From the NCBI RefSeq assembly GCF_002113885.1, contig NW_018403789.1, forward strand, positions 983,570-1,047,569: a stretch of DNA of 64,000 nt. The letters run 5' to 3'. Made by a program: the position numbers and the translations under genes. A model generated the notes under the pieces. The model saw only the letters and a program-made list of their open reading frames with translations, had not been told where the DNA came from and ran no database searches. This document shows positions 49,690 through 63,392 of the stretch, one piece after another (position 1 is the first letter of the stretch; each line of letters opens with the position of its first letter). The DNA is from Mizuhopecten yessoensis. Its lineage: Eukaryota.

Positions 49690-50110
49690 CATATATATTT
49701 GTTACACCTCAAGTGAATTTCTAGCTATTTGATTGGTTGGGAGAAAATTAAACAATAATCTCTGTCGCCCTCCGAAAATACATTGGTTTTAAGGGGCGCG
49801 GGTGATATTGCCATGAGACAGTGAAAAATATCTCATGCGCAAAAAATGTGCGTGCACCGATTCGTTTTCCCACCGTGATGGTCACAATAACGTTTGACGG
49901 CAACAGCCAATTTCTTGAAGCGCCGGTGCGATAGCGATTGTAAACAGCAGACTATCAACAAACAAGATGTCATTATCGGGGTTTGCTGCCGTTTCTGAGC
50001 TACAAAGACTTTTGGTGTAACAAAATAAATATGACATTCATTAGCAGGTGACAGTGAATATTGTCAACCCTCAAAAACCCATTGTCACCTGCTAATTAAT
50101 GTCATGTTTA
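49690..50110. mobile_element. MITE-like element with a terminal hairpin, in a CYP intron
   Basis: CATATATATTTGTTACACC (49690) pairs with GGTGTAACAAAATAAATATG (50014). Then a palindrome ATGACATTCATTAGCAGGTGACA...TGTCACCTGCTAATTAATGTCAT. Confidence 0.65.
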
Positions 50111-50497
50111 TATAATGTTATATAAAACATACTTTGAAGGCTATGCATCATAGAAACAAAGTAGCCAGACAAACTAACGGACCTATGTCATTGATGTAAA
50201 AGGTAATAGAGTAATGTTCTGGAACAGGACAATCTACATTTACTGCCTATCACCACTTATAGAGTAGAGTCTACTATAGTCTGAGTTCCATACTACAGTT
50301 TCTGTTTTGTATCAGTCAAGTGGTATGGTACCATACAATCGCCGTTTGAAGGACGGACTACGTGATAATTTGCGCTTCAGTAAGGTTGCACCTACACTCT
50401 TAGAAATGCGTTTTATATATGATTGTAGATTCCCGAAGGCTTTCCCCTTCGAGAAATTGAAATAAAGATGAAAAAAGGTGATAATAAACAGACTTAC

Positions 50498-50580
50498 CTT
50501 GGTCCCGCAGAAAAAGGTACATAACTGAAAGGATCTCTTCCTCCTGAGTTATCCTCCAGAAACCTCTCGGGCTTGAAAGT
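50498..50580 (-). CDS. CYP4: CYP4 exon (PERF and start of heme motif): TFKPERFLEDNSGGRDPFSYVPFSAGP(R)
   Basis: TTTAG acceptor and GTAAGT donor; phases 0/2. Confidence 0.97.
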
Positions 50581-51689
50581 CTAAACATCAAATATCTTAA
50601 AAGTCAACATCAAATATCTTAAAACATGAAGTTGATTGGAATAAATATATTTGGTCGGTGTTTGAAATATTGTGCAAAAAACTGCATGTCTTAATATCTT
50701 AGCACTTAGTGTTGGGCTACTTACTATTCATATATCTATAAATATAAAACATACATACAATGTACTTGCGTTTTATACCACGATATAATTTTTACTCAAT
50801 GCTGTATATTTAACTCCGTTTTTGTCCAGATAAACATATGCATATTAAAAGTCATACTTTGTAAATGTCTGGATACACCGTCGCGTAATCTACTTATACA
50901 AATTGTGATGTTTACTTCGCCGTAAGTTTCGTAGTACGATTTATGAAAGTTTGACTGCAATTAGATTGTTTGTCTAGATACACCGCATAATTTTCTACTA
51001 ACAGCTCAATTCGTTACTGTTCATATACACTAAAGTTAACATAACTTTGAACACGTTTGTGACTGTCTACACATATTGAGCGTAGTTTAATTATTATTAT
51101 GGAAGAGTGGGACATCATTCTTCTTTTGCATAAAGACTATCAAATGTAATTTACCTGAGAAATATATTTATTTCATCTGTATGCGTGCAAAAATAGTTAT
51201 ATGTTGAGGAATTTTAATGAATAACAATATTTTTCAATTATCCAAAGAAATGTCACAGGGAGGTTTATCATAACAAACACCATAAACGTTGACGCAGTTT
51301 TTTTCGGACAAGTTATAACCAAAAGTCCAGGGTAGGTGCTCGAAACGGATTTGTTTTCATCATTTTATCTACTTATTCGTTGTGAAAATGAAAATAAAGA
51401 CAAACATATTTCCTTCGTACACTTTATATATATTTAACTCTTTGCTAAAGCAAATGTGCAAGCATCTCATAGTAAGAAATACATGTACAACACAAGTTTG
51501 ACATGACACTCAACGTTTGATTACATAGGTATATGTTTACATACTCCGCCAACTTATCTACTCACGATTGCGTACGTATCTGTCTAGATACACGGCATTG
51601 TTATCTATTAAGTATATTTCCTGATACGCTTCCCTGTTATCTTATTATTACTGCGTTGGTATCTGTCTAGATACACAGCATCACTTCTT

Positions 51690-54600
51690 ACATTGGGTTT
51701 TTTACAGACGTCCGGAATATCTGTCCAGACACACAGCATCTAATCTACTCTTACCTTGTTGTCTTTCCAGACGTCCGGGGCATCTGTTCAGATACACATT
51801 GTGTAATATATACTTATCTTGTTGTCTTCCCTGACGTTCGCAGTATCCGTCCAGATACACAGTATTTAATCAATACTTACCTTGGTGTCTTTCAGACCTC
51901 CGGAGTATCTGTCTAGATACACACTATTTAATCAATACTTACCTTGGTGTCTTTCAGACCTCCGGAGTATCTGTCTAGATAGACAGTATTTAATCAATAC
52001 TTACCTTGTTGTCTTCCCAGACATCCGGAGTATCTGGACAGATACTCCGGATGTCTGGGAAGACACCAAAGTAAGTATTGATTAAATACTCTGTATCTAG
52101 ATAGATACTCCGGACGTCTGGGAAGACATAATCTGGACGTCTGGAAAGACAACAAGGTAAGAATAGATTAGATGCTGTGTATCTGGACAGATACTCCGGA
52201 TGTCTGGGAAGACACCAAAGTAAGTATTGATTAAATACTCTGTATCTAGATAGATACTCCGGACGTCTGGGAAGACAACAAGATAAGTATATATTAGTAT
52301 TGATTAAATACTGTGTATCTAGTCAGATACTCCGGACGTCTGGAAGACAACAAGGTAAGTATTGACTAAATGCTGTGTATCAAGACTTCCGGACGTCAGG
52401 GAAGACACCAAGATAAGTATTGATTAAATACTGTGTATCAAGACAGATACTCCGGACGTCAGGGAAGACAACAAGATAAGAATATATTACACAATGTGTA
52501 TCTGAATAGATGCTCCGGACGTCTGGAAGACACCAAGGTAAGAATTGATTAAATACTGTGTATCTGGACAGATATTCCGGAGGTCTGGAAGACACCTGAA
52601 TAGATGCTCCAGACGTCTGGAAGACACCAAGGTAAGAATTGATTAAATACTGTGTATCTAGACAAATGCTCCGGATGTCTGGGAAGACACCAAAGTAAGT
52701 ATTGATTAAATACTCTGTATCTAGATAGATACTCCGGACGTCTGGGAAGACAACAAGATAAGTATATATAACACAATGTGTATCTGAATAGATGCTCCGG
52801 ACGTCTGGAAGACACCAAGATAAGTATTGATTAAATACTGTGTACCTGGACAGATCCTCCGGAGGTCTGGAAGACACCAAGGTAAGCATTGATTAAATAC
52901 TGTGTATCTAGACAAATGCTCCGGATGTCTGGGAAGACACCAAGGAAAGTATTGATTAAATACTGTGTATCAAGACAGATACTCCGGACGTCTGGGAAAA
53001 CACCAAGGTAAGTATTGATTAAATGCTGTGTATCTAGACAGATACTCCGGAAGGCTGGAAGACACCAAGGTAAGTATTGATTCAATACTGTGTATCTGTC
53101 CAGATACACAGTATTTAATCAATACTAATATATACTTATCTTGTTGTCTTCCCTGACGTTCGCAGTATCCGTCCAGATACACAGTATTAAATCAATACTT
53201 ACCTTGGTGTCTTCGCTGACGTCCGGTGTATCTGGACAGATACTCCGGACGTCTGGGAAAACACCAAGGTAAGTATTGATTAAATACTGTCTATCTAGAC
53301 AGATACTCCGGAGGTCTGAAAGACACCAATGAAAGTATTGATTTAATACTGTGTATCTAGACAGATACTCGGGACGTCTGGGAAGACACCAAGGTAAGCA
53401 TTGATTAAATACTGTGTATCTGGACAGATACACAGTATTTAATCAATACTTATCTTGGTGTCTTCCCTGACGTCCGGAAGTCTTGATACACAGTATTTAG
53501 TCAATACTTACCTTGTTGTCTTCCCTGACGTCCGGAGTATCTGTCCAGATACACAGTATTGAATCAATACTTACCTTGGTGTCTTCCCTGACGTCCGGAG
53601 TATCTGTCCAGATACACAGCATCTAATCTATTCTTACCTTGTTGTCTTTCCAGACGTCCAGATTATCTGTTCAGATACACATTGTGTAATATATACTTAT
53701 CTTGTTGTCTTCCCTGACGTCCGCAGTATCCGTCCAGATACACAATATTTAATCAATACTTACCTTGGTGTCTTCCAGACGTCCGGAGTATTTGTCTAGA
53801 TACACAGCATTTAATCAATACTTACCTTGGTGTCTTCCCAGACGTCCGGAGTATCTATCTAGATACAGAGTATTTAATCAATACTTACTTTGGTGTCTTC
53901 CCAGACATCCGGAGTATTTGTCTAGATACACAGTATTTAATCAATACTTACCTTGGTGTCTTCCCAGATGTCCGGAGTCTCTGTCTAGATACACAGTATT
54001 GAATCACTACTTGCCTTGGTGTCTTCCAGACGTCTGGGAAAACACCAAGGTAATATCTAGACAAATACTCCGGACGTCTGGAAGACACCAATGTAAATAT
54101 TGATTAAATACTGTGTATCAATACAGATACTCCGGACGTCTGGAAGGCACCAAGGTAAGTATTGATTAAATGCTGTGTATCTAGACAAATACTCCGGATG
54201 TCTGGGAAGACACCAAGGTAAGTATTGATTTAATACTGTGTATCTGGACAGATATTCCGGAGGTCTGAAAGACACCTGAATAGATGCTCCGGACGTCTGG
54301 AAGACACCAAGGGAAGTATTGATTAAATACTGTGTATTTACACAGATACCCCGGACGTCTTTAAGACACCAATGTAAGTATTGATTAAATACTGTGGATC
54401 TAGACAGATACTCCGGACGTCAGAGAAGACACTAAGGTAAGTATTGATTAAATACTCTGTATCTGGACAGATACTCCGGATGTCTGGGAAGACACCAAGG
54501 TAAGTATTGGTTAAATACTGTGTATCTAGACAGTATCTGAACAGATGCTCCGGACGTCTGGAAGACACACTACGGACGTCTGGGAAGACACCAAGGTAAG

Positions 54601-57600
54601 TATTGGTTAAATACTGTGTATCTGGACAGATACTCCGGATGTCTGGGAAGACACCAAAGTAAGTATTGATTTAATACTGTGTATCTGGACAGATACTCTG
54701 GACGTCAGGGAAGAAAACAAGGTAAGTATATATTACACAATGTGTATCTGAATAGATGCTTCGGACGTCTGGAAGACACAAATGTTAGTATTGATTAAAT
54801 ACTTTGAATCTAGCCAGATACTCTGGAGGTCTGGAAGTCAACAAGGTAAATATTGATTAAATACTGCGTATCAAGACAGATACTCCGGACGTCAGGGAAG
54901 TCAAAAAGGTAAGTATTGATTCAATTTAAATACTGTGTATCTGGACAGATATTCCGGACGTCTGGGAAGACACCAAGGTAAGTATTTATTAAATACTGTG
55001 TATCTAGACAGTATCTGAACAGATGCTCCGGACGTCTGGAAGACACCAAAGTAAGTATTGATTAAATACTCTGTATCTGGACAGATACTCCGGACGTCAG
55101 GGAAGACAACAAGGTCAGTAATGATTAAATACTGTGTATCTAGACAAATACTCCGGACGTCTGGAAGACACCAAAGTAAGTATTGATTTAATACTGTGTA
55201 TCTAGACAGATCATCCGGACTTCAGGGAAGACAACAAGGAAAGTATTGATTAAATACTGTGTATCAAGACAGATAGTCCGGACGTCTGGAAGACACCAAT
55301 GTTAGTATTGATTAAATACTTTGAATCTAGCCAGATACTCTGGAGGTCTGGAAGTCAACAAGATAAATATTGATTAAATACTGTGTATCAATACAGATAC
55401 TCCGGACGTCTGGAAGACAACAAGGTAAGTATTGATTAAATACCGTGTATCTAGACAAATACTCCGGACGTCAGGGAAGACAACAAGGTAATTATATATT
55501 ACACAATGTGTATCTGAATATATGCTCCGGACGTCTGGAAGACCCCAAGGTAAGTATTGATTAAATATTGTGTATCTGGACGGATACTGCGGACGCAAGG
55601 GAAGACAACAAGATAAGTATATATTACACAATGTGTATCTGGCGGACGTCTGTAAGACACCAAGGTAAGTAGTGATTCAATACTGTGTATCTAGACAGAG
55701 ACTCCGGACGTCAGGGAAGACACCAAAGTAAGTATTGATTAAATACTCTGTATCTGGACAGATACTCCGGAAGTTAGGGAAGACAACAAGGAAAGTATTG
55801 ATTAAATACTGTGTACCTGGACAGATACTCCGGAGGTCTAGAAGACACTAAGGTAAGGATACCCCGGACGTCTTTAAGACACCAATGTAAGTATTGATTT
55901 AATACTGTGTATCTGGACAGATATTCCGGAGGTCTGCAAGACACCTGAATAGATGCTCCAGACGTCTGGAAGACACCAAGGAAGTATTGATTAAATACTT
56001 TGTATCTTCTAGACAGATACTCTGGAGGTCTGGAAGTCAACAAGATAAATATTGATTAAATACTGTGTATCTGGCCAGATACTCCGGAGGTCTGGAAGTC
56101 AACAAGTTAAGTATTGATTAAATACTGTGTATTTAGACAGATACTCCGGACGTCTTTAAGACACCAAGGTAAGTATTGATTCAATACTGTGTATCTGGAC
56201 AGATATTCCGGACGTCTGGGAAGACACCAAGGTAAGTATTTATTAAATACTGTGTATCTAGACAAATGCTCCGGATGTCTGGGAAGACACCAAGGTAAGT
56301 ATTGATTCAATACTGTGTATCTGGACAGATATTCCGGACGTCTGGGAAGACACCAAGGTAAGTATTGATTAAATGCTGTGTATCTAGACAAATACTCCGG
56401 ATGTCTGGGAAGACAACAACATAAGTATATATTACACAATCTGTAATATATACTTATCTTGTTGTCTTCCCTTACGTCCGCAGTATCCGTCCAGATACAC
56501 AATATTTAATCAATACTTACCTTGGTATCTTCCAGACGTCCGGAGTGTCTGTCTAGATACACAGTATTTAACCAATACTTACCTTGGTGTCTTCCCAGAC
56601 GTCCGTAGTGTGTCTTCCAGACGTCCGGAGCATATATCCAGATACACATTGTGTAATATATAATTACCTTGTTGTCTTCCCTGACGTCCAGAGTATCTGT
56701 CCAGATTCACAGTATTTAATCAATACTTACTTTGGTGTCTTCCCTGACGTCCGGAGAATCTGTCTAGATACACAGTATTTAATCAATACTTACCTTGGTG
56801 TCTTAAAGACGTCCGGGGTATCTGTCTAAATACACAGTATTTAATCAATACTTACCTTGGTGTCTTCCAGACGTCCGGAGTATCTGTCTTGATACACAGT
56901 ATTTAATCAATATTTACCTTGTTGACTTCCAGACCTCCAGAGTATCTGTCTAGATACAAAGTATTTAATCAATACTAACATTGGTGTCTTCCAGACGTCC
57001 GAAGCATCTATTCAGATACACATTGTGTAATATATACTTACCTTGTTGTCTTCCCAGACATCCGGAGTATCTGTCTAGATACACAGTATTTTATCAATAC
57101 TTACCTTGGTGTCTTCCAGACCTCCGGAGTAGCTGTCCAGGTACACAGTATTTAATCAATACTTATCTTGGTGTCTTCCCTGACGTCCGGAGTATCTGTC
57201 CAGATACACAGTATTTAATCAATACTTACCTTGGTGTCTTCAAGACGTCCGGAGTATCTGTCTAGATACACAGTTTTTAATCAATACTTACCTTGGTGTC
57301 TTACAGGGGTCCGGAGTATCTGTCTAGATACACAGTATTTAATCATTACTTACCTTGTTGTCTTCCCTGACGTCCGGAGTATCTGTCTAGATACACATTA
57401 TTTAATCAATACTTACATTGGTGTCTTCCCTGACGTCCGGAGTATCTGTCCAGGTACACAGTATTTAATCAATACTTACCTTGTTGTCTTCCCTGACGTC
57501 CGGAGTATCTGTCCAGGTACACAGTATTTAATCAATACTTATCTTGGTGTCTTCCCTGACGCCCGGAGTATCTGTCTTGATACACAGTATTTAATCAATA

Positions 57601-58314
57601 CTTACCTTGATGTCTTCCCTGACGTCCGGAGTATTTGTCTAGATACACAGTATTTAATCAATACTTACCTTGGTGTCTTTCAGACCTCCGGAGTATCTGT
57701 CTAGATACACAGTATTTAATCATTACTTACCTTGTTGTCTTCCCTGACGTCCGGAGTATCTGTCTAGAGACACAGTATTTAATCAATACTTACCTTGGTG
57801 TCTTCAAGACGTCCGGAGTATCTGTCTAGATACACAGTATTTAATCAATACTTACCTTGGTGTCTTACAGACGTCCGGAGTATCTGTCTAGATACACAGT
57901 ATTTTATCAATACTTACCTTGGTGTCTTCCAGACGTCCGGAGTATCTGTCTTGATACACAGAATTTAATCAATACTTACCTTGGTGTCTTATAGACGTCC
58001 GGAGTATCTGTCTAGATACACAGTATTTAATCAATACTTACCTTGGTATCTTCCAGACGTCCGGAGTGTCTGTCTAGATACACAGTATTTAATCAATACT
58101 TACCTTGGTGTCTTTCAGACCTCCGGAGTATCTGTCTAGATACAAAGTATTTAATCAATACTTACCTTGGTGTCTTCCTGACGTCCGGAGTATCTGTCCA
58201 GATACACAATATTTAATAAATACTTACCTTGGTGTCTTCCCAGACGTCCGTAGTATCTGTCCGGATTCACAGTATGTAATATACACTTACCTTCGTGTCT
58301 TCCCAGACGTCCGG
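51690..58314. repeat. 62-63-bp satellite (~105 copies, mixed orientation) made of the CYP4 exon/intron junction
   Basis: Unit CCGGACGTCTGGGAAGACACCAAG|GTAAGTATTGATTAAATACTGTGTATCTAGACAGATACT. The terminal copy is the real exon end. Confidence 0.97.
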
Positions 58315-58486
58315 ATGGTAGTGCGTACTCCTCAAACTGACACTCATCTCAGTGCCTGCCGGGTATACATTTCCGTCTATTTCAGCAGGAATTGTCAGCA
58401 CACGATTCACACCTGGCACCGGTGTATACATCCTAAGAACTTCCTTCAGAAACAGTGCTAGCTTCGGGGTGTTCGCAAGGTCACTC
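58291..58486 (-). CDS. CYP4: CYP4 exon (K helix): (W)SDLANTPKLALFLKEVLRMYTPVPGVNRVLTIPAEIDGNVYPAGTEMSVSLRSTHYHPDVWEDTK
   Basis: CTCAG acceptor and GTAAGT donor; phases 2/0; ExxR motif KEVLR. Confidence 0.96.
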
Positions 58487-59294
58487 CTGAGGTATATACA
58501 GTGATTTATATGAGATACACTTTTGATAAGTCTTCAGTTTATCATCATTAAAATAGATTTCAAGTTTTCCGCAGTTTCAAATAATTGACGTTGATATCAC
58601 TAGACATCATAGTTGTAACATTACACTACCAAATTGAGCCTGCTGCCTAACTTAGAATCATCATAAAACAAGTCGATTCACTATAAATGTAATCACATGT
58701 ATATGAAGCACAAAATGTCCTCACCACCGTATCAGCAAACTCAAACATATTTGTGTTTTACAAATTAGGAGACATTCTCGAGGAATGTCGTTCGTAAGAT
58801 ATGTACAAATCGATAGATTTAATCAATGGCAAAACGTTCGTGCGACTGTGTTTTCTTGTATGAATATATTTATATATGTAGGTTACATTTTTCTACTGCA
58901 CTTTAATCCAGAAGAAGGTGAATGTGATCTGGTGTTAATGGTTCATCCTTTGCAGGAATGACGATTTTCCTGACCACTTGTAATAAAACATATTTTATTT
59001 ATAAAACATAAGACCTGGGCATCAATAGTCACAAAGATCGTTGTCGCCGAAACGAATGAGCATTAACTGAACTACATGCTGGAAAAAGAACAAGTATCAC
59101 ACTTATACACTTAACCTGTACACATCTCTCCACATTGGCCTGCATTGTACATATAATTGAGTACTGAAACGTCATGTTTCAAATAAGTATAAAAAAAAAT
59201 ATAAATAGTTCATGCCCGGCTTGTAAATATCCATTTTCATGTTATCTATACGACGAATAAACACACATAAACTTATGTTGAAACAACGCTCTCG

Positions 59295-59762
59295 TTTGTA
59301 GGGCGTACGAATTGTACCTACTGCCCAAATTACATGATCGAAAGAGGCGACCAAATTTGGGATCTTATTTTTTCTCTTCTTTCTAAACAACTTTCTTCTT
59401 CCTTATGTCTCCCTTGACAGTTGAGCGTCCGCCCCTGTAAGGAAGGCTTTGGGTTCTGTCCCCTGGCCGAGACATAACAAAATCTGTAAAACGTTCAGCA
59501 ATTTAGGAGTGGGACGACTGGTTTGCCTGTTTTCAGTACAATGTGACCGGGTTGGGTGTCATGCTAGGTGTCTTCGGCAGTATGTTTCAGTGAGGTAGCA
59601 CTATAAAGACGGCATCAGTTCCGCGCTATCACAAGGAGATAAACACGAACATATCGCAGCCTCCCAAAACACACACGCATACACTACACGCATGTATCTT
59701 CCACACATGGAAGGCCGTCCTTAAATGACCATAGCTGTTGATAGGACGTTAAATAATACTAC
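59295..59762 (+). mobile_element. SINE family A (59415-59762) preceded by the same structured motif as the 11.9 and 14.3 kb copies
   Basis: tRNA-like head, conserved centre GGGACGACTGGTT..CAGTACAATGTGACC..GTTTCAGTGAGGTAGCACTATAAAG, tail GCTGTTGATAGGACGTTAAA. Upstream ATCGAAAGAGGCGACCAA. Confidence 0.8.
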
Positions 59763-59838
59763 ACCATACACACCTAAATACGTTGATACAATACTAATTG
59801 CAATAACTTGACATCACATCCATAATATAAAGTCTTAC

Positions 59839-59962
59839 CATTCAACATCAGTCCTATCCCCCATGACTTCTTGTAGTTCATTAAACACTATCTGTTGGTA
59901 GTTCGGGTAGCGAGCCAAGCAGTAGATGGCCCAACTAAGACCTGATGACGTCGTATCGTGAC
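59839..59962 (-). CDS. CYP4: CYP4 exon (I and J helices): (G)HDTTSSGLSWAIYCLARYPNYQQIVFNELQEVMGDRTDVE
   Basis: TGCAG acceptor and GTAAGA donor; phases 1/2; completes FEGHDTT. Confidence 0.97.
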
Positions 59963-60693
59963 CTGCAGCAAGTTAAAAGTTCCTTTATATAGTGTATTCC
60001 TAGCACTAGTATCGTTAGGGGGTTTATTCATTTGAGCTCTATGTGAAAGCATTTGAAATTAAGATTTGTGTTACTTCCAGAGCCAAACCCAGACATGGAT
60101 TCTGTATGCAAACGTACTTTCTTGATTTACGTTTAAATCCCGTGACACGATCAAAAAGGCAAGTGTAAACATTTAAAACTATATATTACGTAAACAGTTT
60201 TAAAATCATCCCAAATCGATAATATCTGATTTTTTTCATAGATTATCACTGAAACAAGGATTGTGGCTTAAGCACAGAATTTTGGTTCGAGCATGAGAAA
60301 GGTTTCGTAAATATGTCCCCGTGATATGCTCCGTACGTACGATATGCGTATCTGTATTTGCATGGCGGCCGTTATGAGTGTTTCACTTTCTGACACAAGG
60401 AAAAATTAATGTGATAATGACTGTCTATACGAAAAACATATTAAAAGGGCGGCATGTGTATTGATGATATATCATAAAAAGACAGATTTTCCGAAAACTG
60501 CAATGAACACAGCTTCACGAAATATCAATCGGGTCTTGAGAAAATAAGTTATTTGCAGGGGACATGAAATGAATTGAGTGCAGCAAAAAACTGTATTTGG
60601 CCCAAAACCTATATTAGTCACAGGTAAATACAGACTGTGATATCGCAATGAAAATGTCATGTGACAAGTTATAACTTTCGTTTTCAGAAATGT

Positions 60694-61177
60694 GGGCGGA
60701 TTGGTCGAGCGGTTAACACTCTGGCCTTCCAAGCAGGCGGCCCCGAAGTCACCGTATGCATGGAATATTAGAGAAAGTGTTTTTCTCCTGCCCACACAAC
60801 TCCAACAACCCAGGTGAAGCATAAAATGGTCTGGGGTGGGTGTTGCGGTATCTGTGCTGAAGCATTCAAGTGAAGTGGCAATGTAAATGATACCGTTGGA
60901 AGCACGGTTCCACTACAAACGGAACACAATACATCTCCGGTATACACACAGGCACACACACATAGGGAGATATTAGCCAGGTGGCATAGGACTAGTAGTT
61001 AGCGCCTGATCAGGCAGCTCCTGCGAATTCTTCAATAATGTATTGATTAATATATATGCTAATTGTATTGACTGTATAAAATTGTATATCTATGTACTGT
61101 AAAGCGCTTTAGAGTGGTTTATGCTAGCTAGATAGGGCGCTATATCAAATGTTGTATATTTATTTATTTATTATTTA
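60694..61177 (+). mobile_element. tRNA-derived SINE with an L2-type tail (family C)
   Basis: A-box TGGTCGAGCGG. Tail GTAAAGCGCTTTAGAG...GGGCGCTATATCAAAT..(TTTA)n matches the L2 tail at 3929-4005. Confidence 0.7.
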
Positions 61178-61860
61178 AATGAATAATCAAAGCTTCTGAG
61201 ATGAAAATTCTGAAGTTCTGAGATTTCTAATGCATTGTTACATTTTTGACAACAGTATAGCAAACTTGACTGTGGTGGCATGTTTCTTGTAATTTTAATT
61301 TCTTACGTGTCAACAGGTTGACGCCTACATTACCATCTTATCTGTTCTACAAGATTAAGACTAGGTCCTCACTGGCTTTGTGATCTATAAAAGACCAGCG
61401 TCGTCATTTAATAAATATATCCCGTAATTGCCTATGACATTACTATTGCCTATGAACAATGCTTAACGTTTAATTGATAGATCAATTTCAAGAGACATGA
61501 CTATCATTTATCGCCTATTCTCTTATTCTCAAATTATTTCTTCATATGACGAGCTGAGCACAGCTTGTCAAATTCTGGTAAGCTTAACCTCAACCTTATG
61601 CAACATTTTAAACGATAACATTCCCTAACAGGTTAAAATTAAAACCAATGTTGTACGTTTAAACGATAACATTCCCGAACAGGTTGAAATTAAAACCAAT
61701 GTTGTACGTTTAAGTATTCAAAATGACAATAAACAAATTTATAAAATATCCGTAATTGTTTAGAAAATTTAAATTCAAAGATTTGCGTAAGAATAACCGT
61801 GCCTTTGTAGTTGATTTATTGATTTCAATTCAACAGACCCAAGGGTCCAATTACAGAATT

Positions 61861-62313
61861 GATAACAATGATAACAAAAGTATCATAAAATGTCACAGAT
61901 AACAATGATAACAAAAGTATCATAAAATGTCACAGATAACAATGATAACAAAAGTATCATAAAATGTCACAGATAACAATGATAACAAAAGGATCATAAA
62001 ATGTCACAGATAACAATGATAACAAAAGGATCATAAAATGTCACAGATAACAATGCTAACAAAAGGATCATAAAATGGCACAGATAACAATGATAACAAA
62101 AGGATCATAAAATGTCACAGATAACAATGATAACAAAAGGATCATAAAATGTCACAGATAACAATGATAACAAAAGTATCATAAAATGTCACAGATAACA
62201 ATGATAACAAAAGGATCATAAAATGTCACAGATAACAATGATAACAAAAGGATCATAAAATGTCACAGATAGCAATGATAACAAAAGGATCATAACATGT
62301 CACAGATAACAAT
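61861..62313. repeat. 37-bp minisatellite, ~12 copies
   Basis: Unit GATAACAATGATAACAAAAGGATCATAAAATGTCACA. Confidence 0.97.
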
Positions 62314-62510
62314 AAAATAGCGTGTCGATGATACAGATGTGGGCGATTGGATTAATATGTCGGGACTGATGTCAATATCACGTGGGCCGGAAACGGATTG
62401 AAAAGCAATACTTTCGCCGGTGGGTTACGTTCCATGAAGACAAAATCACAAAACACTTAGGGCATATTTTATTACGATATCTGCATATAAACGTCAAATT
62501 CTAACCTTAC

Positions 62511-62643
62511 CTTCAAACAGGAAAGTATCACATTCATGACGTATATCAAGGTCAGATAACCCAGTTCCGTGCTCGTCTTTAGCTGTCACTAGAATGTCTA
62601 GGAAGTCCAAATACCTCTTCTCTAAAAGTGCTGGGTCTGTTTC
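62511..62643 (-). CDS. CYP4: CYP4 exon (H and I helices): [44 protein letters not shown](G)
   Basis: AAG acceptor and GTAAGG donor; phases 0/1. CYP4 motifs LDFLDIL and DTF.FEG. Confidence 0.97.
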
Positions 62644-63164
62644 CTTTACAGAATCAATGAAATACGAACTAGTATAACACTTACAAACGTTGTTTATTGT
62701 TATGCACTTGGATGGGGCGATGTCCGTATTTGAATACGGTCATCAGTGCCGATTATTTATGTTATATTTTGGTACAGGGCTGGCAGGTCAGGCAGTTATG
62801 TAATAGGACATGGCTCTCACGCCTGATGGAAAATTCCCAGGCCCTATACTGACCATCGTTGGTCAGAGGTCTAAATTATAAACAAGCGGTCATTGGCTGT
62901 CCAATCATAAGCCTTATCTCCAGCCTCTGGGCCAATCACAAAGGTTGTTGACCATCCTTTGTCCCCAGAGGCGTCATTACCCAGAACACTTTTGAAACAT
63001 GTTCTGCACCTTTTAATTTCGGTCCCTAATTTTTCCCACCCACATATATTGAACTGGATCTTTCAATCTCACATGGTATTCCTGTACATTCATTACACCT
63101 ATGGTTGTAAAAGATTGTTTTTGAGTACTCCATGCTTGTTACACATGTTTATATTGTGAGATGG

Positions 63165-63392
63165 ACGATTTTTTACTCCATCTTTGCTGTTATAGCCATA
63201 TGTTACGATCAACATTTATAGTATGGAGTACATCTTTAAGTATTGTGATATTTGAACAAGATTGACCTTGATTGATACGATTTTTTACCCCATCTTTGCT
63301 GTTATAGTCATATGTTAATATCAACATATTTAGTATGGAGTACATCTTTAAGTACTGTGATATTTGATCAAGATTGACCTTGATTGATACGT
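63165..63392. repeat. ~113-bp tandem duplication
   Basis: ACGATTTTTTAC.CCATCTTTGCTGTTATAG...GATTGACCTTGATTGAT occurs twice. Confidence 0.9.

Noticed and set aside
51690-58461. CRISPR-like or repeat-protein reading of the 63-bp array
   Set aside because: No unique spacers and no cas genes in a eukaryotic intron; the ORFs are satellite translations.
62719-62746. CTGATGA plus stem on the minus strand as a hammerhead
   Set aside because: No GAAA follows the stem; it is only a short palindrome.
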